From assembly GCF_044704955.1 (NCBI RefSeq), contig NC_091985.1:120218001-120282000 (forward strand): 64,000 nucleotides of DNA. Reading direction: 5' to 3'. Under the pieces are notes generated by a model. The model had not been told where the DNA came from. It was given only the letters and a program-made list of their open reading frames with translations, and searched no databases. The translations under genes were made by a program, and so were the position numbers. The DNA comes from Pristiophorus japonicus. Lineage: Eukaryota. Below, one piece after another: positions 50,892-62,131 of this stretch (positions are counted from its first letter, which is position 1; each line of letters begins with the position of its first letter).

Positions 50892-52221
50892 AAATCATCG
50901 AGCCACTAGCCATTTTTTCTAACCACAATGGCCTTTGAAATCAGATATTCTACCACAGTGGAAAAGAAACACAAAGAAACATTGAGCTATGGTGGAAGAC
51001 TTAGGAAAGCTGGCCAAAAGGTTGGTCAAAAAGATGTTTTTTGATAAGGCTTGTAAAATACTGAGAGAAGGGGAGAGGCCGAGGCTTCAAGCAGGGAATT
51101 TAAGAAAGTATGGACAAGGTGGTTGAAGGCTCTGCTACTTATGGTGGGGCAAAAAGAGGGTGGGATGCAGCCAGTGTTGGAAGCGGAAGGGTGTATGAGA
51201 CGATATGGCTGTAGGAGGTTACAGAGAGAGGGCAGACTGAGGTCAAGGAAGGATTTGCAGACAAGAATGGTTATTTTAAACATCAGTGTGCTGGGGGGCA
51301 GGGAGCCAATGTAGGCCAGCAAAACAGAGCAGGAAAGGATATGGGCAACTGACTTTGGACAAGTTGGTACAGGAATTGAGGGAAGGTGAGAAAACATGGA
51401 TAAGGGTTTCAGCTGTGGTGGGGCTGAAGTAGGAGCAGATACAGGCAACGTTGCAGAGGTGGAAATAAACTGTCTTGGTGATGAATAGAATATAGAGTTC
51501 AGCTCTGACTCGAATAAGATGCCAAAGGTTTCCCAGGGTTTGGTTCCTCCGAGTTAAATGGGCAAGAGGGGAAAATGGGGCAAATCCAAGTAAACAGAAT
51601 TTCAGGGGCCAAAAACAATGGCTTTAGTCTTCGCAATGATCGGTTGGAGGAAATGCTGCCTCCATATTGGGCAGGCAGTCCGACATCAGAGAGGCATTTG
51701 TGAGATCTGCAGAAGAGATGAGAGGTCACAACAGGGTCCACTGGCAGCCACACTGGAGTGGAATGCTGGCTTATGATGAGCTATTCATTTCGGCGGTGCC
51801 ACTCTGGTGAAGCACCGAGGAAGAGGAAGGAGTTTCGTCATGGGTCTGCTCTTGAATATCTTCTAGTGGACAGCTCAACAGCAGTCTATGTAAAAGCCCA
51901 AGAGTAAGTTGGTTGGCCTTTCAACTGCATTTGATATGTGGTGCAGGTTTTTTTTGTGGGTGCGGGGGGGGGGGGGGGGGGGGAGAAGAGAAAATAAATT
52001 AGCCTGGGTTGGTGGGGGGAGGGGGAGAATAGTGTAAGAGGTAAGAGAGCAGAAAGAGAGAGAAGATACATACCTTCATTGTCAAAGAAAAAATACTCTG
52101 GCAGGGATACCTGAAAATCATCAAGCCACTAGCCATTTTTTCTAACCACGAAGGCCCTTGAAATCAAATATTCCACCACAGTGGAAAAGAAAGACAAAGA
52201 AAGGAGGAAACATTGTCTATG
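50892..52221. repeat. ~100-bp direct repeat pair (50892-50991 and 52115-52221)
   Basis: aaatcatcRagccactagccattttttctaaccac...ccacagtggaaaagaaaSacaaagaaa occurs twice. Confidence 0.9.
51000..51700 (-). mobile_element. Old L2 LINE fragment
   Basis: ORF 51026-51448 FKITILVCKS...PSLCNLLQPY...SRAF resembles the L2 ORF2 C-terminus. Confidence 0.7.
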
Positions 52222-54022
52222 TTTCGCTGACATACACTGGCTTACTGACCTCCAGCACACTGACTTTTAAAACCATGGCAGCAGAAACTTTTCATAATTG
52301 CCATTTGTTGAATAATGCTGGTTTCATATTTAGTTATAGAGATTAGACTGAAAATAAAAACTTCCAAAGGGCTGAAGTCAACGATGTCCAAATTGCTGGT
52401 TTGTATTAATTTATCTAGGAACCTCAACACACCGCACTTTAGTTAAATAAGCAATGCAGTCAACCAATGATTATGTACCAGCTATGCTATAATTCCAAAT
52501 GCTAGCTTGAATGGACGCGAAGTATATATAGTTTTGTTTAGTCACGATAATTCATCAGCTATGTACCCTTCTTGCCCCCAAGCTGTAAATCCTCATTGGT
52601 ATTACTGCTGTCTGCAATTATTCGGCCCCGTACAAGCATTTAGAAAGGGTCATTTCCTTTACTTCTACTACCACGCTCGTCAGGTCAGCACTGACAGAGT
52701 GAAAGCAACTGTTTCTCTGACCCACCAACAGCAATTCATCATCGGGGCTAGGGCTACAACATGAAACAAAATAAACCACGTCATTCAGTTAGTGTTATCT
52801 GGTTACCTACCAGCTCATAAATAAGCGTGTGTGTATAAGAGACAGAGAGCAGTGGAAGTCTTTCAAAAACATACACGTATAAAAATCAAACATTCCAGAA
52901 GAGTGCAGGATGATTTAGATTAAAACAGAGAACTAGGCTGCACACTGAGCAAGACTCCCCTTGCCCAGTGCCCTAATAAATCACTTTGGCAGGTAGTTGG
53001 GAAGCAGCTGCTAATGATAGTTTGACTGAAGAGTACAGGAAATCACCTTTTAACCCAGCCTCCTGTTACTCCCCTCATAGGGAGGCGACAAAAGAATGGA
53101 AGTGAATGAAATGCCAAGTGTCAGAACAGTCTGGTAAACATGCAATAGGACGCTGGCTTTACCGCCAAGTTATCGGAGCAAAAGTTGTGAAAAGTTTAAT
53201 TTTGCAAGGCAGGCTTTAAGCTAGTACGAGCCACCACTCTGTGGATGCTGCTGACAGGATTTAAATTCTACTCATAAAGGAGCTGAAACAAACAAGGTCA
53301 CAGCACTTTCAAAAAATCTTACTGCTAGCGAAGTAGATAATCTCAACACAGATTTTATCTAGAAATAAATCTCATGTTAGTTGAGGCTAAATGCTAAAAT
53401 GTGTTCCGAAGAAAACAAATACGAATACCGTGAGCATCCATATTTAACATGCACCCCACTTTTTGCTATGAATTGTTTCAGAAAAATGTAGTACTTATGC
53501 AGAATATACACCCCTCGTTATTTAAATTATTTGGCCAGATGTCCTTGCAAGATGTACAGCGCAGTGCAGAAGCCAAGATATGCCGTTCTGAGATATATAG
53601 CAGTGAGCCACTGAAAGATCCAGGCGAAGGAAGCTGCACGCAAGGAATCTGTCCTCTTTGAAGAAAAATGGCGATAAAGTATTATCAGATTTTTGAGAGT
53701 TGGAGGAAAACTTGCAAGAGTGGGAAAATGAGAGACAACATGGAGGAGTTAAAAGGATCTATTTTATTTCAGGGTCATTTTTAAAAGGCATCAAGCAGTT
53801 GGGGGGTGCAAAGATTCTAATGTGTCTTGACATGTCTGTTGGACTGCGTACAAGCTGATTCCGAAGTCAAACTAACCTAGTTTCATATTGAAGCAGCACA
53901 AACACTTTTGAACTGGCCTATATTTTCTACTTGCATTCAACATGAGGAACAGTGCCACAGAAAGGTGGTATATCATTTCCTGAGTATTGTAAGACATGAA
54001 ATATCACAGTTCACTAACGCTT

Positions 54023-54167
54023 GCATTCCTTACTACTCGGGGGATTAAGGGGTATGGCGAGAAAGCAGGAATGGGGTACTGAAGTTGCATGTTCAGCCAT
54101 GAATTCATTGAATGGCGGTGCAGGCTCGAAGGGCCGAATGGCCTACTCCTGCACCTATTTTCTATGC
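54023..54167 (+). mobile_element. CR1 3' end
   Basis: Near-identical to the reverse complement of 22330-22470. Confidence 0.88.
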
Positions 54168-54679
54168 TTGCATATATTGTGGATAGAACCAAGTTACCTC
54201 CATACAGGATATCTAGCAGAAAGTCACTGCCTGCAGTAACATTTCAATGAGTCACTCAATAATCTGTCTTAATGGACAGATGGATGAGGCCTTGATGCTG
54301 GATTGGATCAGGGCCATGTGGATTGTTAGACCTGATGTTCTGCACAATATAAAGCCTTTTGTACTCATCCTGGATTCATCCAGGTGACAGAATCCCGTCT
54401 GTCAAGGGCGCATGACAATAAAGCAGAATTCATCTAGCGATGACTCCTGAGAGAATGATGTGCACGTTGCAGTTGCAAGCTATCATGTGACCAAATCGAC
54501 AAAGGTTACTGGGAATGAAATGGGAGTAGGTGAATGATTGGTGGTGCATACACCTTCACTACTGGAGGGATCTGAACTCGAGAGGCTGGAGGGACCCATT
54601 CTATGGGTAGAGAATCTGTGGGCACTATCAAGCCACATACTGCCACAACCTCTACCACTTAGAAGGATAAAGGCCACAG

Positions 54680-54900
54680 GAAAACTATCACCTCCAAGTC
54701 ACATACCATCCTGACTTGGAAATATATCGCCGTTCCTTTGTTGCTGGGCCAAATTCCTGCAAACCCCATCCCTAACAGCACTGTGGGAGAACCTTCACCG
54801 CAAGGACAGCAGCGGTTCACCACCACCTTGCCAAGGACAATTAGGGATGGGTAATAAATGCTGGCCTGGCCAACGATGCCCACATCACAGGAACATATAA
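54680..54900 (+). mobile_element. 3' fragment of a second CR1/L2-group LINE lineage
   Basis: Homologous to 56400-56620. Confidence 0.75.
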
Positions 54901-55594
54901 AAAAATATACACTAGGACAATTGTTAGCAATATTGGTGAGGGAACAACATTTCAGCAGTGACTATCCTTCAAAAAGTACTTATTGGCTGTAAAGCCTTTG
55001 GGATCTCTTGAGGTTGTGAAAGGCGCTATATAAATGCAAGTCTTTCTTGAGGGAAGAATATATTTGGTATTGCATAACTATTCAAAACAAATTGATTTGA
55101 TTGACTTAGCATATTTACAAGTCAAAGTTTAAAGATGCCTCGTCATCAGAACATGTTCAGAATAGAGGCTCATGTATCCACAATGACAGAGAAAGCCCAC
55201 AGCGATATCGCCAACCAACGAACATTAGACTGAAGCGTTTAAACAGTGTGATTCTAGATAACAGCATCGCTCTGAAAAGTTGGATGCTTGAAACTTCAAG
55301 TCCATTGTCACACCAAGGAATCCAGTAGACTTGGCACTTCTCAACTCGTCACAAGTTTTAGCCTTGCTTATCAAAACTTTGGTGATAATACAATGTTACA
55401 ATTCTCAGTCTCAGAAAAGCCATTCAAGAACACCGAATGCTGTGTAGGAAAAAACTACAATGTTGTCAATAGTGTCCTGAACATTTTCATGGAGCAGTTA
55501 GTTCACTTAATTTGAATGAAAAATATTAAAACTAATTTAGCAAGTTGATACAAGTGACGAAAGTAGCCAATGTTGGCAAGTAGTTGCTACTTAC

Positions 55595-55659
55595 TGTAAA
55601 AACATCATCATCACCGACCTCCACCTCATTCTGAATTGTTGAAGATGATGTGGTTGACC
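55595..55659 (-). CDS. SPRED2: SPRED2 internal coding exon (65 nt, phase 1/0)
   Basis: ctcccag|(G)STTSSSTIQNEVEVGDDDVFT|gtaagt. Resembles the SPRED2 exon just after the EVH1 domain. Confidence 0.93.
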
Positions 55660-56139
55660 CTGGGAGGGGGGGGGGGAGGGGGTTGTGGGGTGGAGAAAGA
55701 AAGTGTGCATTATTAAAAACTGAATCTTCCAAAGAGGTTACAGAATCTTTACTCTCCAAGTAACAAATTTTATTCAAAATATTACAATATATAGTGGTTA
55801 TGACGCTGGACATAAAAGTTAGAGATTTGATAGTTTAAACTAAATTTGGCCATTTGTGGGCTAGCATCAGAACTAAAATGAAAAGTAAAGCTGCCAGATT
55901 GCTCTTAAAACCCAAAATGATTTATTAATGTTCTTCAGGGAAGGGAGCCTGCTATCTGTATCCGGTCTGACCGACACGTGACAAGACGTGTGGTTAACTC
56001 TCAATGTCACCAAAAATGACCTTGCAAGCCAGTCAGTCAGTTGTAAAAAGAAAGTTAAAAAATAAAAGAACTGAGACAAACTATTGGCAACAATCCTACA
56101 ATCTCGGCCAAATGAATCCTGAAATACTCTCCATTTTCT

Positions 56140-56620
56140 TGGATGAATGCAGCTCCAACAACACTCAAGAAGCTCAACACCATCCAGGACAAAGCAGCCC
56201 ACTTGATCGGCACCCCATTCACCACCTTAAACATTCACTCCCTCCACCACCGGCGCACCGTGGCTGCAGTGTACACCATCTACAAGATGCACTGCAGCAA
56301 CTCGCCAAGGCTTCTTCAGCAGCATCTCCCAAACCCACAACCTCTACCACCTAGAAGGACAAGGGCAGCAGGCACATGGAAACACCATCACCTGCAAGTT
56401 CCCCTCCAAGTTACACACCATCCCGACTTGGAAATATATCATCGTTCCTTCATCGTTGCTGGGTCAAAATCCTGGAGCTCCCTCCCTAACAGCACTGAGA
56501 GTACCTTCACCACAAGGACTGTACATTTCAAAAAGGCGGCTCACCTTCTCTGGGGTAATTAGGGATGGGCAATAAATGCTGACCTTGCCAGCGATGCCCA
56601 CATCCCGGAAGGAATAAAAA
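56140..56620 (+). mobile_element. LINE 3' fragment (second CR1/L2-group lineage)
   Basis: ORF 56143-56562 LKKLNTIQDKAAHLI...SLHHRRTVAAVYTIYK...WSSLP. More degraded LINE-like sequence follows to ~58440. Confidence 0.8.
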
Positions 56621-57477
56621 TAAATCTGGAGACCAGCTCCCAAGTTGTGAGCGTTATCTCCAGATGAGTCAAGCAACAATGTGACATAGATAGAGCCGAG
56701 ATCATCAGTCAATATCCCAGGCAAGCAACACCCTGATATTATCTTTCTCAGTCAGATAAATCAGCCAATATCCTGCCCCACCAAGCAGGTCAGACCCACC
56801 AGAAGTCAGGCACAGTGGAATACAGTTGGGTAGGAACAGCCCTGGGTACACTCAACATTAACACTGGTCCCATGAAAATCAAACAGGGTCAAGTAAACCA
56901 CTCCTTGGTCCTCACCTCAACTGAATTATCAGAACTCCTCCACCTTGAACACCACTTGGAGGAAGCACAGAGTTAAGCAAGGGCACAGATTGGACTTTAG
57001 ATGGGGCACTTCAATGTCCACGATCAATAATGGCTCAGTAGTAGTACTGATTGAAGTAGGACAATACCAAAGGGCATAACTGCCAGATGGTGAAGTAAAC
57101 TACCACAGGGGAATAACCTACTGACTTTGTCCTCATCAAACTACCTATTACAAATGCACCTGTCCGCGATAGCACGGATATGGATGACCACTGCTCAGTC
57201 CTCAAGAAGATCGTCTCGTCTCCACGGTGACGATACTCTGTGTATTGTGGCACTATTACAGTTTTAAGTGGGACAGGTCAAGAACAAATCGAACTGCCCA
57301 AAACAAGGCACCACGGACTAACAGCAGAAATGTAAACCAACATCACTAAAAATCTAATTATCTGATCACATTGCTGTTTGTGGGACCTTGGTGTGCTCAA
57401 ATTATTTAGAGTGAGCTCTGTAGCCCTACACATCCAATCGAAAATGGTGGTGGATAATCAGAAAATTATTGGGAGCA

Positions 57478-57960
57478 GGAACATAGGAAAATATGGAGGC
57501 CATTTAGCCCCAGGCCTACTCCACTATTGCTCATCTGTACCTCAACTCCATTTTCCCGTCTTTGCTCCCGATCCCTTGATATCCTGACCTAACAAAAATC
57601 TTATCAATCTCAGTCTTGAAAGCGCCAATTGTTCCAGTCCAAGTGTTTCCTGATTTCGCTCCTGAATGGTCTTGCTCTAATTTTCAGATTCTCTATTCCC
57701 CCACCAGAGGAAATAGTTTCTCCATATCGACCCTATTAATATTTTCAACACCTCGATCAGATCATCCCTCAATCTTGGATGTTTATACAACCTGTCCTCA
57801 ATGTAACCCCCCGCCCCCACACGTCCTGATAAATCTGCGCTGTACCCACTCCAAGGCCAATATATCTTCCTGAGGTTCGGTGCCCAAAACTGAACGCAGC
57901 ACTCCAGATGGGATTTGACTAAGGCTCTATACAAGTGAAGCATAACTTGCTCCCCATTTT
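57478..57960 (-). mobile_element. Degraded CR1 fragment
   Basis: LYRALVKSHLECCVQFWAPNLRK. Confidence 0.8.
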
Positions 57961-58934
57961 TATACTTAAGCTTGAGATAAATGACTAGGCAGCTCCAAGA
58001 ATATCCTCAACCATGGCAGTGTCCAGCATGAGTACAAGAGGCAAACCTGAAGTGTTTTGTAAATGTCTTTCAGCCATAAGTACCAAGTGAATGATACTCA
58101 TCGGCCTCCTCCTAGGTATCCACTATTATTGGATGTTGATGTCTAGTCAATTCAGTTCATTCAATGCAATATGAAGAATTTGCTGAGCGCACTGGGTACA
58201 GGGCAGGCTACAAGCCTGAACAATATCCTGGTTGTCATGTTGAAGATCTGTGAACCAAATCTGGATGCCCTAAACTCGGCCAATCTGTTACAATTCAGCT
58301 ATGACACTGGCACCTACTCCACAATGTAGAAAATTGCCCCGGTATGCCCTATACACAAAAGAAGTGCAAATCCAACCCAGTTAAATTTCAGCCTCCTCTC
58401 CATCATCTGCAATGTGACGCAATACTGTAGTGCCATCAAGCAGCAGCTACTCACCAAACCTTGATCACCAACACCTGAAGCACTCTGCCATCTTCAAAAC
58501 TAGATTCCCAAATGCAGTTGAGGTGCACTCACTTAGCTGTTTCAAAAAGAAGCTGGCTAAGTTTCTGGCAGTTTTTAGTATCTCTTTCATATATGGCATC
58601 TATGGACAGGTGACATGTATGAAGGAGATAACAAAGAGAGAGATGTGCTCCTCAAATTTTCTCAACTCCGCCCTCCTGTCCTCAAAGTAGTAACTCGTAT
58701 GGGATGTGGCTCTATAGGCTCTACCTCAGACAAGTAGTGTTTTTCTGAAATCTGTAAGCCTAGAGATTGATAGCTAAGCAGCATTCATCCACTAAAGGCC
58801 ATCATAGCTTGGCCTGATACAGTCCTTGCAACTTGTATTTATATAGCGCCTTTAAAGTAGTAAAACCTCACAAGGCGATTCACAGGAGCGATTTATCAAA
58901 CAATATTTGATACCACGCCACACAAGGAGATATT

Positions 58935-59740
58935 CCTCGGCTTCTCTATCTCCATTTTTGGGGACAGGCCGTCAACCAAATTTTGGTACAAGCCCACAGC
59001 TAGCTTCCTCCCATTCCGCTTTCTGTAAGGACTCTATTCTATTCTCCCAGTTTCTTCGTCTCGTCGCATCTGTTCTGATGATGCAATACCACTATTTCCG
59101 ATATGTCTTTCTTTTTCCTCAACCAAGGATTCTCCTCCACAGTGGTTGACATGGCCCTCAACCATGTCTGTTCCATTTCCCGCAATTCTGCTCTCACTCT
59201 TTCCCCTCCATCCCAGAACGACGATAGGATTTCCCTGGTCATCACCTTCCACCCCACCAGCCTTCACATTCAACGGATCATTCTCCACCATTTACGCCAC
59301 CTTCAGCACGATGTCACCACCAAACACATCTTTCCATCCCTTCCCCTCCTCTTTCAGTATTCCGAAGGGACCGCTCCCTCCGCGACTCCCTGGTCCACTC
59401 TTTCATCACCCCCAACAGTCCCTCTCCTTCCCACGGCACCTTCCCGTGCAAGCGCAGGAGATGCAGCACCTGCCCTTTCACCTCCTCCCTTCTTACCGCC
59501 CAGGGCATCGAACACTCCTTCCAGGTGAAACAGCGATTTATTTGTACTACTTTCACTGCTCACTCCTCTACATTGAGATGGAGACCAAACACAAATTGGA
59601 CAAATGTTTGCTGAACACCTCCAACTTTTTAAAAACAGTTCTGACGAAGGATCATCAACCTGAGACGTTAACTCGGTTTCTCTCTCCACAGATGCTACCT
59701 GACCCTGCTGAGTATTTCCAGCATTTTCTAATTTTTTACA
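58935..59740 (+). mobile_element. Penelope-like retroelement fragment (RT C-terminus, linker, GIY-YIG remnant, terminal repeat)
   Basis: KDSILFSQFLRL, LVITFHPTSLHIQRII, RDRSLRDSLVHS, GTFPCKRRRCSTCPFT and a LYI..ETK remnant. Flanked by the 7-bp duplication agatatt. Confidence 0.85.
59637..59673 (+). ncRNA. Minimal type I hammerhead ribozyme relic (core mutated)
   Basis: agtt-CTGACGA-agg..cct-GAGAC-GTT-aact. The GAAA box reads GAGA here but GAAACGTC in the copy at 19160-19167. Confidence 0.6.
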
Positions 59741-60100
59741 AGATATTAGAACAGATAAGCTTGGTTAAAGAGGCAAATTCTAAGCAGCGTCTTAAAAGGA
59801 GAAAGGTGGAGTTTTCTGGAGGGAATTCCAGAGCTTAGGGCCTAGGCAGATGAAGGCACAGCCGCCAATGGTGGGGCGATTGTGCTTCAAAAAGGAATCT
59901 TCATTGGATAATGCTCACAAGTGAGAACCTAGAGCAATTTTCCTTTTTCAATTTTGAGATATTGACATTAATTGTTCTCACCCAATATGTTGCTATGGCC
60001 AAAGCTGGCTACCTTAACATTGGGGACGAAACTGGATTCCTTTATAATCTGTATGGCATATGTACAAGATGTACAGCATTTTTACTAATAGAGTCATCTT

Positions 60101-61309
60101 GAGGTCAAGTTTCGGCCTGAGTTGCTCCTACTTATTTGGAGCAACTAGTTTAGAATGGAGTATCTTAGAAATTGCAGTTCTAGTGAGTTAGAACAGTTTC
60201 ATTTTAGAACAGAATTTTTTTCAAAAAAGGGGCATGTCCGGCCACTTACGCCTGTTTTGCAAGTTTAGGCAGCGAAAACTTACTCCAAACTAACTTAGAA
60301 TGGAGTAAGTGTAGATTTTTGTATGCTCAGAAAAACCTTGCCTACACTTGGAAATCAGGCGTATGGAACGAAAGATGGGGTGGGGGGGGGGGGGGGGGGG
60401 AGAGGAGAAGAGAGGGGGGTTTACAAACATTAAACACTTCACTTTTACAAATAAAGAGTCATCATCAATAATAAATGATAAATAAACCAATAAATCAATG
60501 CAAATAAATTAAAAAATTAAAAATTAAATAAAAAAAATCACTCAATAAATAATTTTTTTTTTTCTACTCATCTACTGCAGCACCAGGGAAAAGAGGAGGG
60601 GGGGGGAAAGAGAGAAGAGATAATGATGGGTGCGGGGGGAAGGGAAGAGAAGATGATAATGGGGGGGGGGGAAAGAGAAGAGAAGAGAAGATGATGGGGA
60701 GGGGGGAGGAAGAGAAGAGAAGAAGATTGGGGGGGGGGTAGAAGAGAAGAAGATGGGGGAGGGGTGGGAGGGGAGAGAGAAGAGAAGAAGATGGGGGGGG
60801 GGGGGGAGAAAGAGATAAGAGAAGAGAAGACGACGGGGGAATGGGGAGAGAGAAGAGAAAAGAGAGGAAGATAGGGGAGGGGGAAGAGAGAAGAAGAAGC
60901 CGGGCCCCGCCGAGGACTTCGGGCAGGGCCCGCACGCAGCCGATTCTGGGCTGCCGCCGACTCTTTGGGTGGGGCCCGCCCCCAGCGTGAGGCCAGGTGG
61001 GTGTGCCCCGCCGTCGAGGTAAGATGCGCAGGCCACTCGGGCAGGGATAGGGGCGACGTCCCTTCGGCCTGGGATAGGGTCGTCGCCCCGAAGACAGGAC
61101 GCCGGCAGATACTGCGCACGCGCACAGCTGCCGGCACTGTTTTTGGCGCAGGGCTGTAGCTCCGCCCCCAGCAGCTCCTGGCCGAGGTGGAATTGGGCCT
61201 ACAGCTATCGGAGAATTGAGGGGCAAGTTATTGCCGCAATTTTTGTTCGATAAATTAGGCGGGCCTCTCCGATGTGCACCGTTCTAGCGGGCAGCCGAAA
61301 CTTGACCCC
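60101..61309 (-). mobile_element. Non-autonomous Harbinger element
   Basis: TIR gaggtcaagtttcgg / ccgaaacttgacccc, the same TIR type as the full-length copy. TSD ctt/ctt. Purine-rich interior at 60585-60900. Confidence 0.93.
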
Positions 61310-62131
61310 CTTATGTGGTTATTCACCTCCCCAGCAAGTTCGAGAAGACAATGTGCATTGCAAATAATCAGCGAACAGTGGTCCAAGATGACTGATCGAC
61401 CTTTGCTTATTCTGAACTTGATGGTCTTGTGGTAGTAGAGAAAACAAATCTTTTCAAAGCCCAACAATGAAATGGAAAAAACACCTGAGCAATCCTACTC
61501 AAAAGGATGCAGCTTTCCTTCTATCTCTGTCACCTTGATGTAAACTAGTCGTCTCTACCTATTTTCACAACGTCAGGTAAAGTTCAGCTGAACAAAACTA
61601 AAGCCTGCTGCGATTTAACATCTTGGGGTGTTCACTCTGTGGGGTTATTGAAACAATCCAGCACTCTTTGGCAAGGCGTAACTTACAAATACTGACCAAA
61701 TCATTTTGAAATTATGGAGATGACAAGTTGAATATTCATGAATGGGCAGCACTCCCCTGCAGCTAATTTGGTTACACTTACAATCACAAAGGTTGACACA
61801 ATTAGTATAATCACAGTGACTACACTCCCAAAGTACTTAATTGGCTGTAAAAGGCTTTGAGACGTCCGGTGGTCATGAAAGGCACGATATAAATCCAAGT
61901 CTTTCTTTTCTTTCTTTCAACTGAGGTATGGTGGCTGAATGGTGCCATGCGCAGTTATTCAGCACAGTATCAAATCCAAAATTCCTTGTTTTTTTAAATT
62001 AAATTACTGTACAAGTTGATCAGATATATATGTACAATTACATGGTTTTCACAAAATGAGGGCAATAATGCAAATAAATGTTAGTAACAAAATTCTTTAC
62101 TCAAATTTATTTACACGGGAGAAGTGAAATC

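Larger units (their letters stand above)
58828..59880 (-). mobile_element. L2 3' fragment split by a Penelope insertion
   Basis: L2 tail at 58828-58934 resumes at 59741. Confidence 0.8.
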
